Shown here one piece after another: positions 48,334 through 56,033 of a stretch of DNA of 64,000 nucleotides. A program made the position numbers and the translations under genes. Each line of letters begins with the position of its first letter. Position 1 is the first letter of the stretch. The stretch lies in IMG/VR virus record IMGVR_UViG_3300045988_086138; one strand, 5' to 3'. Source of the stretch: a virus. Below the pieces are notes generated by a model that was not told where the DNA came from, ran no database searches, and saw only the letters and a program-made list of their open reading frames with translations.

Positions 48334-48373
48334 TAGATATATCTGGATATTGCATTATTAAAATAATATTTTA

Positions 48374-48385
48374 AATATTTGCATA
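48374..48385 (+). promoter_or_regulatory. AATATTTGCATA promoter variant
   Basis: Part of a 38-nt block identical to 50497-50534. Confidence 0.55.
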
Positions 48386-48412
48386 TCAATTTTAAATATA
48401 GACAAAAATATG
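48375..48412 (+). repeat. 38-nt promoter-leader-ATG block, copy 1
   Basis: ATATTTGCATATCAATTTTAAATATAGACAAAAATATG is identical to 50497-50534. Confidence 0.9.
48390..48403 (+). promoter_or_regulatory. start-proximal motif TTTTAAATATAGAC
   Basis: 6 nt upstream of ATG 48410. Confidence 0.5.
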
Positions 48413-48619
48413 GAACTCCAGTATTACCACAAAACCAAGATTAACCAGGTTAATCAAGGTACTTACTTTAAATTAAAACCCACAGATACTGCTCCAGTAT
48501 GGGTAAGAGACCATTATGATAAGTCATCAAAAACTTATGCTTGCCATAAGTACGATGATACTAATCATGAGAAGTTCTTTAAGGGAACAAGAGACATATA
48601 TACTAACTTTACTTTTTAA
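48410..48619 (+). CDS. hypothetical protein
   Basis: 69-aa ORF behind a promoter and leader motif. Confidence 0.55.
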   Translation: MELQYYHKTKINQVNQGTYFKLKPTDTAPVWVRDHYDKSSKTYACHKYDDTNHEKFFKGTRDIYTNFTF

Positions 48620-48622
48620 AAC

Positions 48623-49261
48623 ATGAGATTATTCAAACGAAAAAGATGCTGCAAGAACCTTATCAAACTTAATAAGGGAAACTTAACATTCAGAGAACCA
48701 GTTATGCCTTGCTACTTAGCTATTCAGAAATTAATGGAACAATCCGGTAACTTTGATGAAAGATTATATTTCGATTTATACCAAGAATATGAGAAACATT
48801 ATGTTATATATGACATTGTTCCGGACTTACTTCGGTTTAAGGTAGCTCTCATATTTAATCACAGGTTTCCAAATTGTCACATGTATTTCAGCAATGATTT
48901 TACCTTTCAGTGGTTAATTCCGAATAGGGCTATTTATTCCAGAATACCAGATTGTCTATGTCTCCCGAAACACCTGGAAGACATACTTGTTAAGGTCAGA
49001 AGCAAAATCTTACCTTATATTATTCAGGATGAAATAGATGATACCCGGTTCTTATCTCTTATTAGAGAGAATTTCTTAAAACAGTGGGAATTGTTTAACC
49101 AGGACAATTCTCAAATAGACAACTATATGGATGCTCAATTCGGCATGATGTATGGTTGGGCTCCAATAGAGAATCAAACAATAGTTAAAAACATAATCGA
49201 AAGAACTCAGGACGAATTAGCCCAAGAGTTCTTATCTAAAAATGATACGTATGGGAAATAG
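48623..49261 (+). CDS. hypothetical protein
   Basis: 212-aa ORF. Confidence 0.5.
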   Translation: MRLFKRKRCCKNLIKLNKGNLTFREPVMPCYLAIQKLMEQSGNFDERLYFDLYQEYEKHYVIYDIVPDLLRFKVALIFNHRFPNCHMYFSNDFTFQWLIPNRAIYSRIPDCLCLPKHLEDILVKVRSKILPYIIQDEIDDTRFLSLIRENFLKQWELFNQDNSQIDNYMDAQFGMMYGWAPIENQTIVKNIIERTQDELAQEFLSKNDTYGK

Positions 49262-49556
49262 TAAAGAGAAATTTGCCTTCAGAAAGGTAAACATGTCAGA
49301 AGGTGTAGAGGTAGAATTTATTAAAATAATTACCTCATTAGAAACTGAAAGTGATGAGAAAATTATCAAAGAGTTTAAGGAAAGGATATCCAGTTTTAGT
49401 TCAACTGGGCATGCTGAAATGTTATCTAGAACCCCAAATCAGATAATCTTTCAAACATCCAAGTTTAGTAAGACAAGTTTAATCTACAGGGATTGGGAAC
49501 TATGGATATTCTCTAATATCCTGGGAGTATGGACGATAAATAGGTTCAGAATATGA
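49242..49556 (+). CDS. hypothetical protein
   Basis: 104-aa ORF. Confidence 0.45.
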   Translation: MIRMGNSKEKFAFRKVNMSEGVEVEFIKIITSLETESDEKIIKEFKERISSFSSTGHAEMLSRTPNQIIFQTSKFSKTSLIYRDWELWIFSNILGVWTINRFRI

Positions 49557-49939
49557 TTACGATGAAAACTCTCCAAGTAGAGGACATCAAGGATAAATGG
49601 TTATATAATGCCCTAACTCAGGGCATTAAAGAGTGTATAACTGCTCCAGTCCTAACTTTGGACCCAACTAAACCAGAACCAACTAAGAGGGCCGAAATGA
49701 TATTGGATAACTTCTCTCAAGAGGGTAGTCCAGTAATTGCTACTATAATTGCTCCAGGCAATTTTATACAGATGATATTACCGAAGTACGAAATATTACT
49801 ATCGGTAATGTTCATATATAGAGAGAAAAATACCTACGTACAACTTGTAATACAAAAGCTAAGTTATGAACGAGAAAAAAGCAACCCCGATACCGATACG
49901 GAAAGTAATGTACCTAATGGTAGTACTAAGAAAGGGTAA
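49553..49939 (+). CDS. hypothetical protein
   Basis: ATGA overlap with the upstream gene. Confidence 0.5.
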   Translation: MITMKTLQVEDIKDKWLYNALTQGIKECITAPVLTLDPTKPEPTKRAEMILDNFSQEGSPVIATIIAPGNFIQMILPKYEILLSVMFIYREKNTYVQLVIQKLSYEREKSNPDTDTESNVPNGSTKKG

Positions 49940-50393
49940 AGTATACAAAATACCCATCGAAGAAATCAATAAGATTAGTAAGTTAACTGACTTCAATACA
50001 CTAAGAAGAATACTTACACCATTAATACATATTTATTACAATGTATGTGCAGAGACTAAATTAGAATATGAAGACTTTGGTGCTTTTCTTATGGATTTAG
50101 AACATCTGGGTTATGAAGTATTTGAAGAATACTATGCTGGTATATTGGAATTAGTAGAAGTAAATCCTATTACTAATAATGACCAAGAACTGCAAGAGAT
50201 AAGAAATGGTACCCTTATTTCATTAAGGTCTCAGGAATTATCAGAAAGATTAGCTTCCAATTTGAAAAAGGCTATACATGAGATATTTGAAGAAGAGAAG
50301 AAAAAACAAGGACCTGGCTCTTCTTTTACGGAATCACAGAAAAGTTCTATAATAAAAGAGGCTATATATCTCTTAACTCCTCAGTTACCTTAA
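49866..50393 (+). CDS. hypothetical protein (start uncertain)
   Basis: Overlaps the upstream ORF. An internal ATG at 49908 is an alternative start. Confidence 0.45.
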   Translation: MNEKKATPIPIRKVMYLMVVLRKGKVYKIPIEEINKISKLTDFNTLRRILTPLIHIYYNVCAETKLEYEDFGAFLMDLEHLGYEVFEEYYAGILELVEVNPITNNDQELQEIRNGTLISLRSQELSERLASNLKKAIHEIFEEEKKKQGPGSSFTESQKSSIIKEAIYLLTPQLP

Positions 50394-50398
50394 TATTT

Positions 50399-50425
50399 GA
50401 AAGGCAGTCTAATCCACTGCCTTTC
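50399..50425 (+). terminator. hairpin terminator
   Basis: Perfect 10-bp stem GAAAGGCAGT / ACTGCCTTTC with a 7-nt loop. Confidence 0.6.
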
Positions 50426-50495
50426 ATAGCGTGTACACATCCTCAGCCACTTTAAAATAAATATAGATATTATTTTCTATATAAATAAAAATGAT

Positions 50496-50507
50496 TATAT
50501 TTGCATA
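50496..50507 (+). promoter_or_regulatory. TATATTTGCATA promoter
   Basis: Part of the 38-nt block identical to 48375-48412. Confidence 0.6.
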
Positions 50508-50534
50508 TCAATTTTAAATATAGACAAAAATATG
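50497..50534 (+). repeat. 38-nt promoter-leader-ATG block, copy 2
   Basis: Identical to 48375-48412. Confidence 0.9.
50512..50525 (+). promoter_or_regulatory. start-proximal motif TTTTAAATATAGAC
   Basis: 6 nt upstream of ATG 50532. Confidence 0.5.
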
Positions 50535-50918
50535 AAAACGAACTCAGTAATCAACAATCAAGACGAACAACTAACTAAGGTAGTTCGCAATTTCCTTGAA
50601 AAGAAATCTACATTCGAACTTGATTCGGATGAACAGGGTAATCTTTACAATCTTCTCATGGTTCTTTTATATAGACTAGAGGATGTTCATAAACTTTGCT
50701 GCATTGATATCAATCAATTCAATATGTATGAAACTACATATTACTCATTTACATTCGAATCGATGCTAACAATTGATTCCTTCACAAAAAAGAATCAAAT
50801 TGCCGATGCTGCAGTCGAATTTATGAATGACTTTACCGATAATGATGGTATGTTCATATCATTTAATCAACTGGATAAAAATCATTGGATTTTCCAACTT
50901 AACTTTTCAATATCATGA
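50532..50918 (+). CDS. hypothetical acidic protein
   Basis: 128-aa ORF behind a promoter. Confidence 0.55.
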   Translation: MKTNSVINNQDEQLTKVVRNFLEKKSTFELDSDEQGNLYNLLMVLLYRLEDVHKLCCIDINQFNMYETTYYSFTFESMLTIDSFTKKNQIADAAVEFMNDFTDNDGMFISFNQLDKNHWIFQLNFSIS

Positions 50919-51112
50919 ACGAAGAACTTTTAAATGAACAGGCCCAAAAATTACATCAGGCTCAAATACAAGAATATCCCTGGGTATCTGCAGACCCCGA
51001 GGATGCTAAATCCTATATTGAGACTTATGGTGATACCGATGTACACCTATATTATGATTACTTAATTGCTAACGGAATAGGAGAAATAGAAGATGAACAA
51101 ACCGAGATATAA
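50915..51112 (+). CDS. hypothetical acidic protein
   Basis: ATGA overlap with the upstream gene. Confidence 0.5.
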   Translation: MNEELLNEQAQKLHQAQIQEYPWVSADPEDAKSYIETYGDTDVHLYYDYLIANGIGEIEDEQTEI

Positions 51113-51491
51113 GGTAAAACCTTTAGTACCACATTACATGGAGTTTACTACTGGGTCAATATTTGCAGGTACCTGGTGCCGATACTCTATAACCCTAACT
51201 TTGCATCAATGTTATATTGAAGCTATATGGAAGGTAAGACCTTCATCCTCTGATAAATCATTAGACGGGCATAAAGAAACTTTTAATACTTTACAGGAGT
51301 ATCTAGATTGGTTTGATAATCTTAAGAAAACTTACAAGAAAAGAATTACCCGTAACCAAATGATGTATGCTTCATATAACGAGGAACTACGTACATTTGA
51401 ATATACACCTTATGAGAACGCTGCTACAAGGCGTTCACGTGAAAAACTAAATAAGCCAAAGGAACCGTTATTGGCCGATGGATTATACTAA
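51093..51491 (+). CDS. hypothetical protein
   Basis: 132-aa ORF. Confidence 0.5.
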   Translation: MNKPRYKVKPLVPHYMEFTTGSIFAGTWCRYSITLTLHQCYIEAIWKVRPSSSDKSLDGHKETFNTLQEYLDWFDNLKKTYKKRITRNQMMYASYNEELRTFEYTPYENAATRRSREKLNKPKEPLLADGLY

Positions 51492-51516
51492 TCCCTAACC
51501 AGTTAATATATCTTCA

Positions 51517-51553
51517 GGGAGTTCAGAAATACCAACATCTGGGCTCCCTTTAT
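51517..51553 (+). terminator. weak hairpin terminator
   Basis: GGGAG (51517-51521) / CTCCC (51544-51548), followed by TTTATT. Confidence 0.35.
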
Positions 51554-51587
51554 TGCAATTATTATTGCAGGAATAAAATATTATTCT

Positions 51588-51599
51588 TATATTTGCATA
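51588..51599 (+). promoter_or_regulatory. TATATTTGCATA promoter
   Basis: AAAATATTATTCTTATATTTGCATAAGAGAAA. The upstream half is nearly identical to the promoter at 38937. Confidence 0.6.
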
Positions 51600-51659
51600 A
51601 GAGAAAAATAAATAATAATTATTAACCGACCTCGAACAGGGTCACAAAACTTATTTCTT

Positions 51660-52049
51660 ATGACAACTATTAACGAAATCTCAAATCACATTATGGGTTA
51701 CTTTGATGGAACTCTTGATGCTTTTGGTTACACTGCTCAATCAATTAACGAAATCTCAAATCCGGATGAATCCTATATGGGAACTCTTAATCTCCAATTC
51801 CTGGATTATCCCATAGACGATGACGAAAAGGAAGAAACTTACTGCAGAGAATCCGATGCTTTTGAACGAGTAGTTCTTAGTTACATTAACGGATTGCTTC
51901 AAAAAGAATATCAGCATCATCCTGGTGGTCAACTAAAAGAACTCAACAATAACCATCATTATATGGCAAATGCTAGCGGAGATACTATCCAGGTACATTT
52001 CAATGATACTTCCCTTTTCATTATTATTACCATGACTGGGCAATATTAA
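51660..52049 (+). CDS. hypothetical acidic protein
   Basis: 129-aa ORF behind a promoter. Confidence 0.55.
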   Translation: MTTINEISNHIMGYFDGTLDAFGYTAQSINEISNPDESYMGTLNLQFLDYPIDDDEKEETYCRESDAFERVVLSYINGLLQKEYQHHPGGQLKELNNNHHYMANASGDTIQVHFNDTSLFIIITMTGQY

Positions 52050-52060
52050 CCAAAACATTC

Positions 52061-52087
52061 TGGGAGGCACTCAAAACACCTCCCAGA
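52061..52087 (+). terminator. hairpin (terminator-like, no T tract)
   Basis: Perfect 8-bp stem CTGGGAGG / CCTCCCAG. Confidence 0.4.
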
Positions 52088-52133
52088 ACCTCCCTATTTA
52101 TAAAATAATAATTAAATATAGAAATAATTTCAT

Positions 52134-52145
52134 ATATTTGCAGTG
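52134..52145 (+). promoter_or_regulatory. TATATTTGCAGT promoter variant
   Basis: AATTTCATATATTTGCAGTGAGAAA. Confidence 0.55.
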
Positions 52146-52166
52146 AGAAATATTTCTCAATAATCA

Positions 52167-52179
52167 TTTTAATATAGAC
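52167..52179 (+). promoter_or_regulatory. start-proximal motif TTTTAATATAGAC
   Basis: 2 nt upstream of ATG 52182. Confidence 0.5.
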
Positions 52180-52181
52180 TT

Positions 52182-52706
52182 ATGAAAAAAGAACAAATTA
52201 TTAAAACCGACCAGCAACTTAAGGCAATCATAGCTGCCAATAAGTTCCACACATTTGATTACACTTGCGATGGCTTTTGTACATCAGATTACATTGAAAT
52301 TCTCGATATAGCTATTCCCAGAGCCAATTGCCCAATTGATACCATCGATTGCTATATTTCTCTCTACCCTACATACGAGGCATTCTGGGATGATATCCAA
52401 TCCAATTTCATTCATTTGGACTTAACCAAGGGTGGCGATGACCAATACTACGATTATAACCCATCTTGCTTGGAAGCTATCGTTTATGCAATCCCTCTAC
52501 TCAAATCAGAGGACCAGGATTACATTATTACTGGACTCAAAACCAAATTGGAATCTTTTATCCATGATGAAGACGAAGACGAGGACATGATACAACAATA
52601 TGAATCAGTATACAATGCCCTCGAAAAATACGAAACGGACCATCGGGAAACTGAACTCTTTAACGAATTATACGTATCAGACTTACTTAACCAAATAAAC
52701 AAATAA
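52182..52706 (+). CDS. hypothetical acidic protein
   Basis: 174 aa, including IHDEDEDEDMIQQYE. Confidence 0.55.
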   Translation: MKKEQIIKTDQQLKAIIAANKFHTFDYTCDGFCTSDYIEILDIAIPRANCPIDTIDCYISLYPTYEAFWDDIQSNFIHLDLTKGGDDQYYDYNPSCLEAIVYAIPLLKSEDQDYIITGLKTKLESFIHDEDEDEDMIQQYESVYNALEKYETDHRETELFNELYVSDLLNQINK

Positions 52707-52711
52707 TCACT

Positions 52712-53068
52712 ATGGTAAACTTATATAAATTACTCAACGTACTGGAACAGGGCATGACTCTGTTCCAACTTAACAAATGGAAAACTGAAGGTCTCTGGTA
52801 CCCTATTACTCAATACAAAAAGGAATCAGACGAAATCCAGGTAGTAACCAATCTATTTATCCCAGAACAAACAGAATATCATATTCAACTTTCTGGGAAC
52901 TATCCAGAGGAATCAGAAGACTGGAACAAATTTCTAGAGGAAAACCAATGGAAAATCTATCCATTACTTGCAAACATAATGCAAGTCTTCTTGCCCACAG
53001 GGAACTACCAATTATTCTACACTCAATATCCACAAGGATTCATATCCATAATTGCTAAACCATTATGA
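52712..53068 (+). CDS. hypothetical protein
   Basis: 118-aa ORF. Confidence 0.5.
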   Translation: MVNLYKLLNVLEQGMTLFQLNKWKTEGLWYPITQYKKESDEIQVVTNLFIPEQTEYHIQLSGNYPEESEDWNKFLEENQWKIYPLLANIMQVFLPTGNYQLFYTQYPQGFISIIAKPL

Positions 53069-53367
53069 TAACCATAGAAGAATTCAAACAAGCTTTAGAT
53101 TCATTATCACCAGAAGTACATAATCAAGCCAAGGAACTGGTAAAAACTTGGACAGAAAACATGAATCGAATATCGGAAGAACCAGAACTTGATACTGATG
53201 AATCCGATGACTTAGAACAAATTGCCGATGAAGCCAAATCTAAGTTACTTACTTTACTATTTGGCCCACTTTACATATACTTTGTACTAGAGTATTACGG
53301 AGATGCTACTTTAGATGACGAAGAAGAAAGCTTTATCGAGGACCTATACGAATATTATTTCAAATGA
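53065..53367 (+). CDS. hypothetical acidic protein
   Basis: ATGA overlap with the upstream gene. Contains ELDTDESDDLEQIADE. Confidence 0.5.
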   Translation: MITIEEFKQALDSLSPEVHNQAKELVKTWTENMNRISEEPELDTDESDDLEQIADEAKSKLLTLLFGPLYIYFVLEYYGDATLDDEEESFIEDLYEYYFK

Positions 53368-53507
53368 AAGACTTCATAATATTCGTAATCATAATCACCA
53401 ATCCCAAAGGTTGTGCCATTAACTTCTTTGGGATTGGTACCAAACCCTTAACGGAAGACATAATATTAACATCGGCTAACACCGACCTAATACCCATATT
53501 AATATGA
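53364..53507 (+). CDS. hypothetical small protein (47 aa)
   Basis: Below the ORF-track cutoff. Manual translation gives MKDFIIFVIIITNPKGCAINFFGIGTKPLTEDIILTSANTDLIPILI. ATGA overlaps at both ends. Confidence 0.4.
   Translation: MKDFIIFVIIITNPKGCAINFFGIGTKPLTEDIILTSANTDLIPILI
53398..53437. repeat. 12-bp perfect inverted repeat
   Basis: CCAATCCCAAAG (53398-53409) pairs with CTTTGGGATTGG (53426-53437), with a 16-nt spacer. Confidence 0.85.
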
Positions 53508-53767
53508 AACTAACAATCACAACCTTAGTAATCATTGAAGATACTACCGACAAATCTGTACTCAATGAGGTAAGCCTATGCTATCATTCATTCTTTGAAG
53601 ACATAGAGAAGGCTAAAAGGGAAATCATAATTGACGTAAATCGGGTATATGCTCCAGATGTAACATTCGAAACTATAGAACAAATCCAAGAATACTTCGA
53701 TTACGTTCACCTTGAACGTCAAGAGATAAAACTTATTAGTACAACCACCGCTATAAAAGAAATCTAA
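53504..53767 (+). CDS. hypothetical protein
   Basis: 87-aa ORF. Confidence 0.5.
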   Translation: MKLTITTLVIIEDTTDKSVLNEVSLCYHSFFEDIEKAKREIIIDVNRVYAPDVTFETIEQIQEYFDYVHLERQEIKLISTTTAIKEI

Positions 53768-53768
53768 T

Positions 53769-54116
53769 ATGGAACCAATCATAACAGTAAACGATTATCC
53801 AATCGGATGGGAATGGCTAGCCAATGTACCTCTAGAAGACTTTAACTGGCTCATAGACATATTTGCTACGATGACCGATAATACAGATACTTATGACTTT
53901 GCTACCTATGATAAGGAAGCTATCCCTAATGATATATGTCCTATAATCGAAGTAAATAAGATACCATTAGCTAACTTCCTAAACGAGGACCAAGGCTATG
54001 AATCAGGTATATCCATGTACGGTCACTACATAGCATGCAAATGCCTTGACATATCCTCAGAAGAGGAATATATGAATCAATTAACCGATATAAGAATCCT
54101 AACTAACGAACTATAA
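53769..54116 (+). CDS. hypothetical acidic protein
   Basis: 115-aa ORF. Confidence 0.5.
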   Translation: MEPIITVNDYPIGWEWLANVPLEDFNWLIDIFATMTDNTDTYDFATYDKEAIPNDICPIIEVNKIPLANFLNEDQGYESGISMYGHYIACKCLDISSEEEYMNQLTDIRILTNEL

Positions 54117-54119
54117 CCT

Positions 54120-54368
54120 ATGCTAACATCAGGTAAATTCTTAGTATCATTCGAAGTCCCGGGACCACTACCTGGGACTACTGAAGGCTTCTGCGAAGAA
54201 ATGAACGTAGTGTACAGAACCGAGGAACTTAATACCTACCTCCGCTACCCCAAACAACAAATAAACCCTTGGCATAAACATAGTACCTACATAAGGCTAA
54301 AGCTAAGAGAGATCCTCGAAGTAAACCTAACAGATATAACACTAATCGATATAATATCACTACCATGA
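54120..54368 (+). CDS. hypothetical protein
   Basis: 82-aa ORF with a G-poor coding strand. Confidence 0.45.
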   Translation: MLTSGKFLVSFEVPGPLPGTTEGFCEEMNVVYRTEELNTYLRYPKQQINPWHKHSTYIRLKLREILEVNLTDITLIDIISLP

Positions 54369-54577
54369 ATATCCTCTATCACATAATCCGAATAATCCTA
54401 TCCGTAATAACTGTCCTCTTCCTAATACAGAATGAGGACACCTACCAAACACATAAGCACTCCCACCCAACAAACAAAATAAGATATATCATATCACAGC
54501 TAATAATACTAATCCTATACACCTCATCACTAATCCTCATATCCTACATATCAAGGTACCTAACCATATACCTATAA
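54365..54577 (+). CDS. small hydrophobic membrane protein
   Basis: ATGA overlap. Two hydrophobic stretches. Only 13 G in 213 nt by my count. Confidence 0.45.
   Translation: MNILYHIIRIILSVITVLFLIQNEDTYQTHKHSHPTNKIRYIISQLIILILYTSSLILISYISRYLTIYL
54545..54561 (+). repeat. 17-nt direct repeat TACATATCAAGGTACCT, copy 1
   Basis: Identical copy at 54712-54728. Confidence 0.85.
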
Positions 54578-54711
54578 TACCCACTACCCCTCCCCAACAA
54601 AGAAATATATAAATAAAATCGTACAGAGCCTAACTACGTTACATATAATAATATAATAATACACCTACCTTATATACATATAATCAATATACTACCAATC
54701 GTATATAATAA

Positions 54712-54728
54712 TACATATCAAGGTACCT
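54712..54728 (+). repeat. 17-nt direct repeat TACATATCAAGGTACCT, copy 2
   Basis: Identical copy at 54545-54561. Confidence 0.85.
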
Positions 54729-54773
54729 CGCCGGGGGTTTTGCCCCAAGGGCAGGGGATTGGGAATCCCACCC
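54727..54773. other. GC-rich hairpin cluster in AT-rich non-coding DNA
   Basis: CTCGCCGGGGGTTTTGCCCCAAGGGCAGGGGATTGGGAATCCCACCC contains GGGG/CCCC stems and GGGATT-GGG-AATCCC. Confidence 0.6.
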
Positions 54774-54968
54774 TATTACTATACAACTACACTATAGCCA
54801 CTATACTATATAGCTCTCTAGCTCTACTACTCCACACTTTAAAGGCAATCACAAAAAGGCCTAAAAAGGCAATAAAATCCGACCATTAATGGCCCCTAAT
54901 TTGCCTTATCCGAATTACCTTATCAAGCACTATTATATAATACATACTAATTAAAAATTCAAGGTAAT

Positions 54969-55391
54969 ATGAAACACAGAACCCACAAGGATTTCCCATC
55001 CTACAGATTCTATTCAGATAATAGGATACTGAACAAAACAACCAATCGTTTTATCAAGGTAAAACCTAAAATGAAACTAATAAATGTTCAGGGTAAACGT
55101 TGTAGTGTTAACTCTATCAAACTATTTGCCCAACTATTTCCTAACTTATATACTTGGGAGCCATACAAGGCCTTGCGTACTAAGGCTATAATACCTAAGG
55201 GGAAACGTAGGAAATATAATCCTAAGTTCATTAAGGCCATTCAGAATGAGGCAAATCATAAAACCTGGGATGAATTGGTTAAGGCTTATAATATACCAAT
55301 AGGTAGTATAGGATATTTATTAAAGAAAGGTAAGGATAAACCCAATGGCCAGGTTATAATTAACATTGCTAAAGTAATTATTAAGGGATAG
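54969..55391 (+). CDS. NUMOD4-like / HTH DNA-binding protein (homing-endonuclease-related, no nuclease motif seen)
   Basis: DFPSYRFYSDNRILNKTTNRFIKVKPKMKLINVQGKRCSVNSIKLFAQLFPN resembles NUMOD4. The C-terminal WDELVKAYNIPIGSIGYLLKKG is HTH-like. No HNH or GIY-YIG motif seen. Confidence 0.3.
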   Translation: MKHRTHKDFPSYRFYSDNRILNKTTNRFIKVKPKMKLINVQGKRCSVNSIKLFAQLFPNLYTWEPYKALRTKAIIPKGKRRKYNPKFIKAIQNEANHKTWDELVKAYNIPIGSIGYLLKKGKDKPNGQVIINIAKVIIKG

Positions 55392-55398
55392 GTAATAT

Positions 55399-55466
55399 AG
55401 TCCTAGAGCTTTATTAGTAATTGGCTAAGTATTTATATTAGCATTATTTATAAAGTTTCTAGGACT
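55399..55466. repeat. inverted repeat, 9-bp perfect arms (extendable imperfectly)
   Basis: AGTCCTAGA (55399-55407) pairs with TCTAGGACT (55458-55466). Confidence 0.8.
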
Positions 55467-55528
55467 TATTGTGTTAAGGCAATCTCCATTCATGGCCCCG
55501 GGGATAAATAACCTTTAGGTACCCCAGC

Positions 55529-55540
55529 AATATTTGCATA
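55529..55540 (+). promoter_or_regulatory. AATATTTGCATA promoter variant (tandem, upstream copy)
   Basis: CAGCAATATTTGCATATATAA. Confidence 0.45.
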
Positions 55541-55556
55541 TATAATATATTATATG

Positions 55557-55568
55557 TATATTTGCATA
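55557..55568 (+). promoter_or_regulatory. TATATTTGCATA promoter
   Basis: TATATGTATATTTGCATAGAGAAAA. Confidence 0.6.
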
Positions 55569-55608
55569 GAGAAAATAAATAGTATTAATCATTTAAAAAT
55601 ATACCGAT

Positions 55609-55962
55609 ATGAAAACATCTCAAGCATCCTTCAGACAGAAAAACCCACAGGCAATCATTAATTCATTGCTAGCTTACCTTTGTACTTATGATTCATATTA
55701 TCCTTGGTACCAGTACATCGCTAATACTTACGATAATTCTATCACTGGCTATGTATCTACTCCCAACAATGAAAATCCTTTCGAATACCTAGAACATATT
55801 ATCAGGGAGGATCTCAACACTAACGAAATCCTGGTATATTATAATACCGACGATGAATTCTTTACCTTCAATTCTCTCGAAGAGGAACCTATGGCTGATA
55901 CCGATACTGCCGAGGATACCTATAAGGCCTATGGTATTACCTTCTACCTATTCAAGGATTAA
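55609..55962 (+). CDS. hypothetical acidic protein
   Basis: 117-aa ORF behind a promoter and followed by a terminator. Confidence 0.55.
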   Translation: MKTSQASFRQKNPQAIINSLLAYLCTYDSYYPWYQYIANTYDNSITGYVSTPNNENPFEYLEHIIREDLNTNEILVYYNTDDEFFTFNSLEEEPMADTDTAEDTYKAYGITFYLFKD

Positions 55963-55969
55963 CCCATTG

Positions 55970-56000
55970 CCCCAGGCCTAACTTAGGTACCTGGGGTTTT
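55970..56000 (+). terminator. rho-independent terminator
   Basis: CCCCAGG (55970-55976) / CCTGGGG (55990-55996), followed by TTTT. Confidence 0.7.
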
Positions 56001-56033
56001 ACTTAGCCTAACTTAGTAGGCCGATATAGGCTT

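Noticed and set aside
54700-54785. Possible tRNA, because of the GGGGATTGGGAATCCCA T-arm-like hairpin.
   Set aside because: The loop is TTGGGAA rather than TTCRANY. No matching acceptor stem, D-arm or anticodon arm can be drawn, and the GC element is only about 50 nt long.
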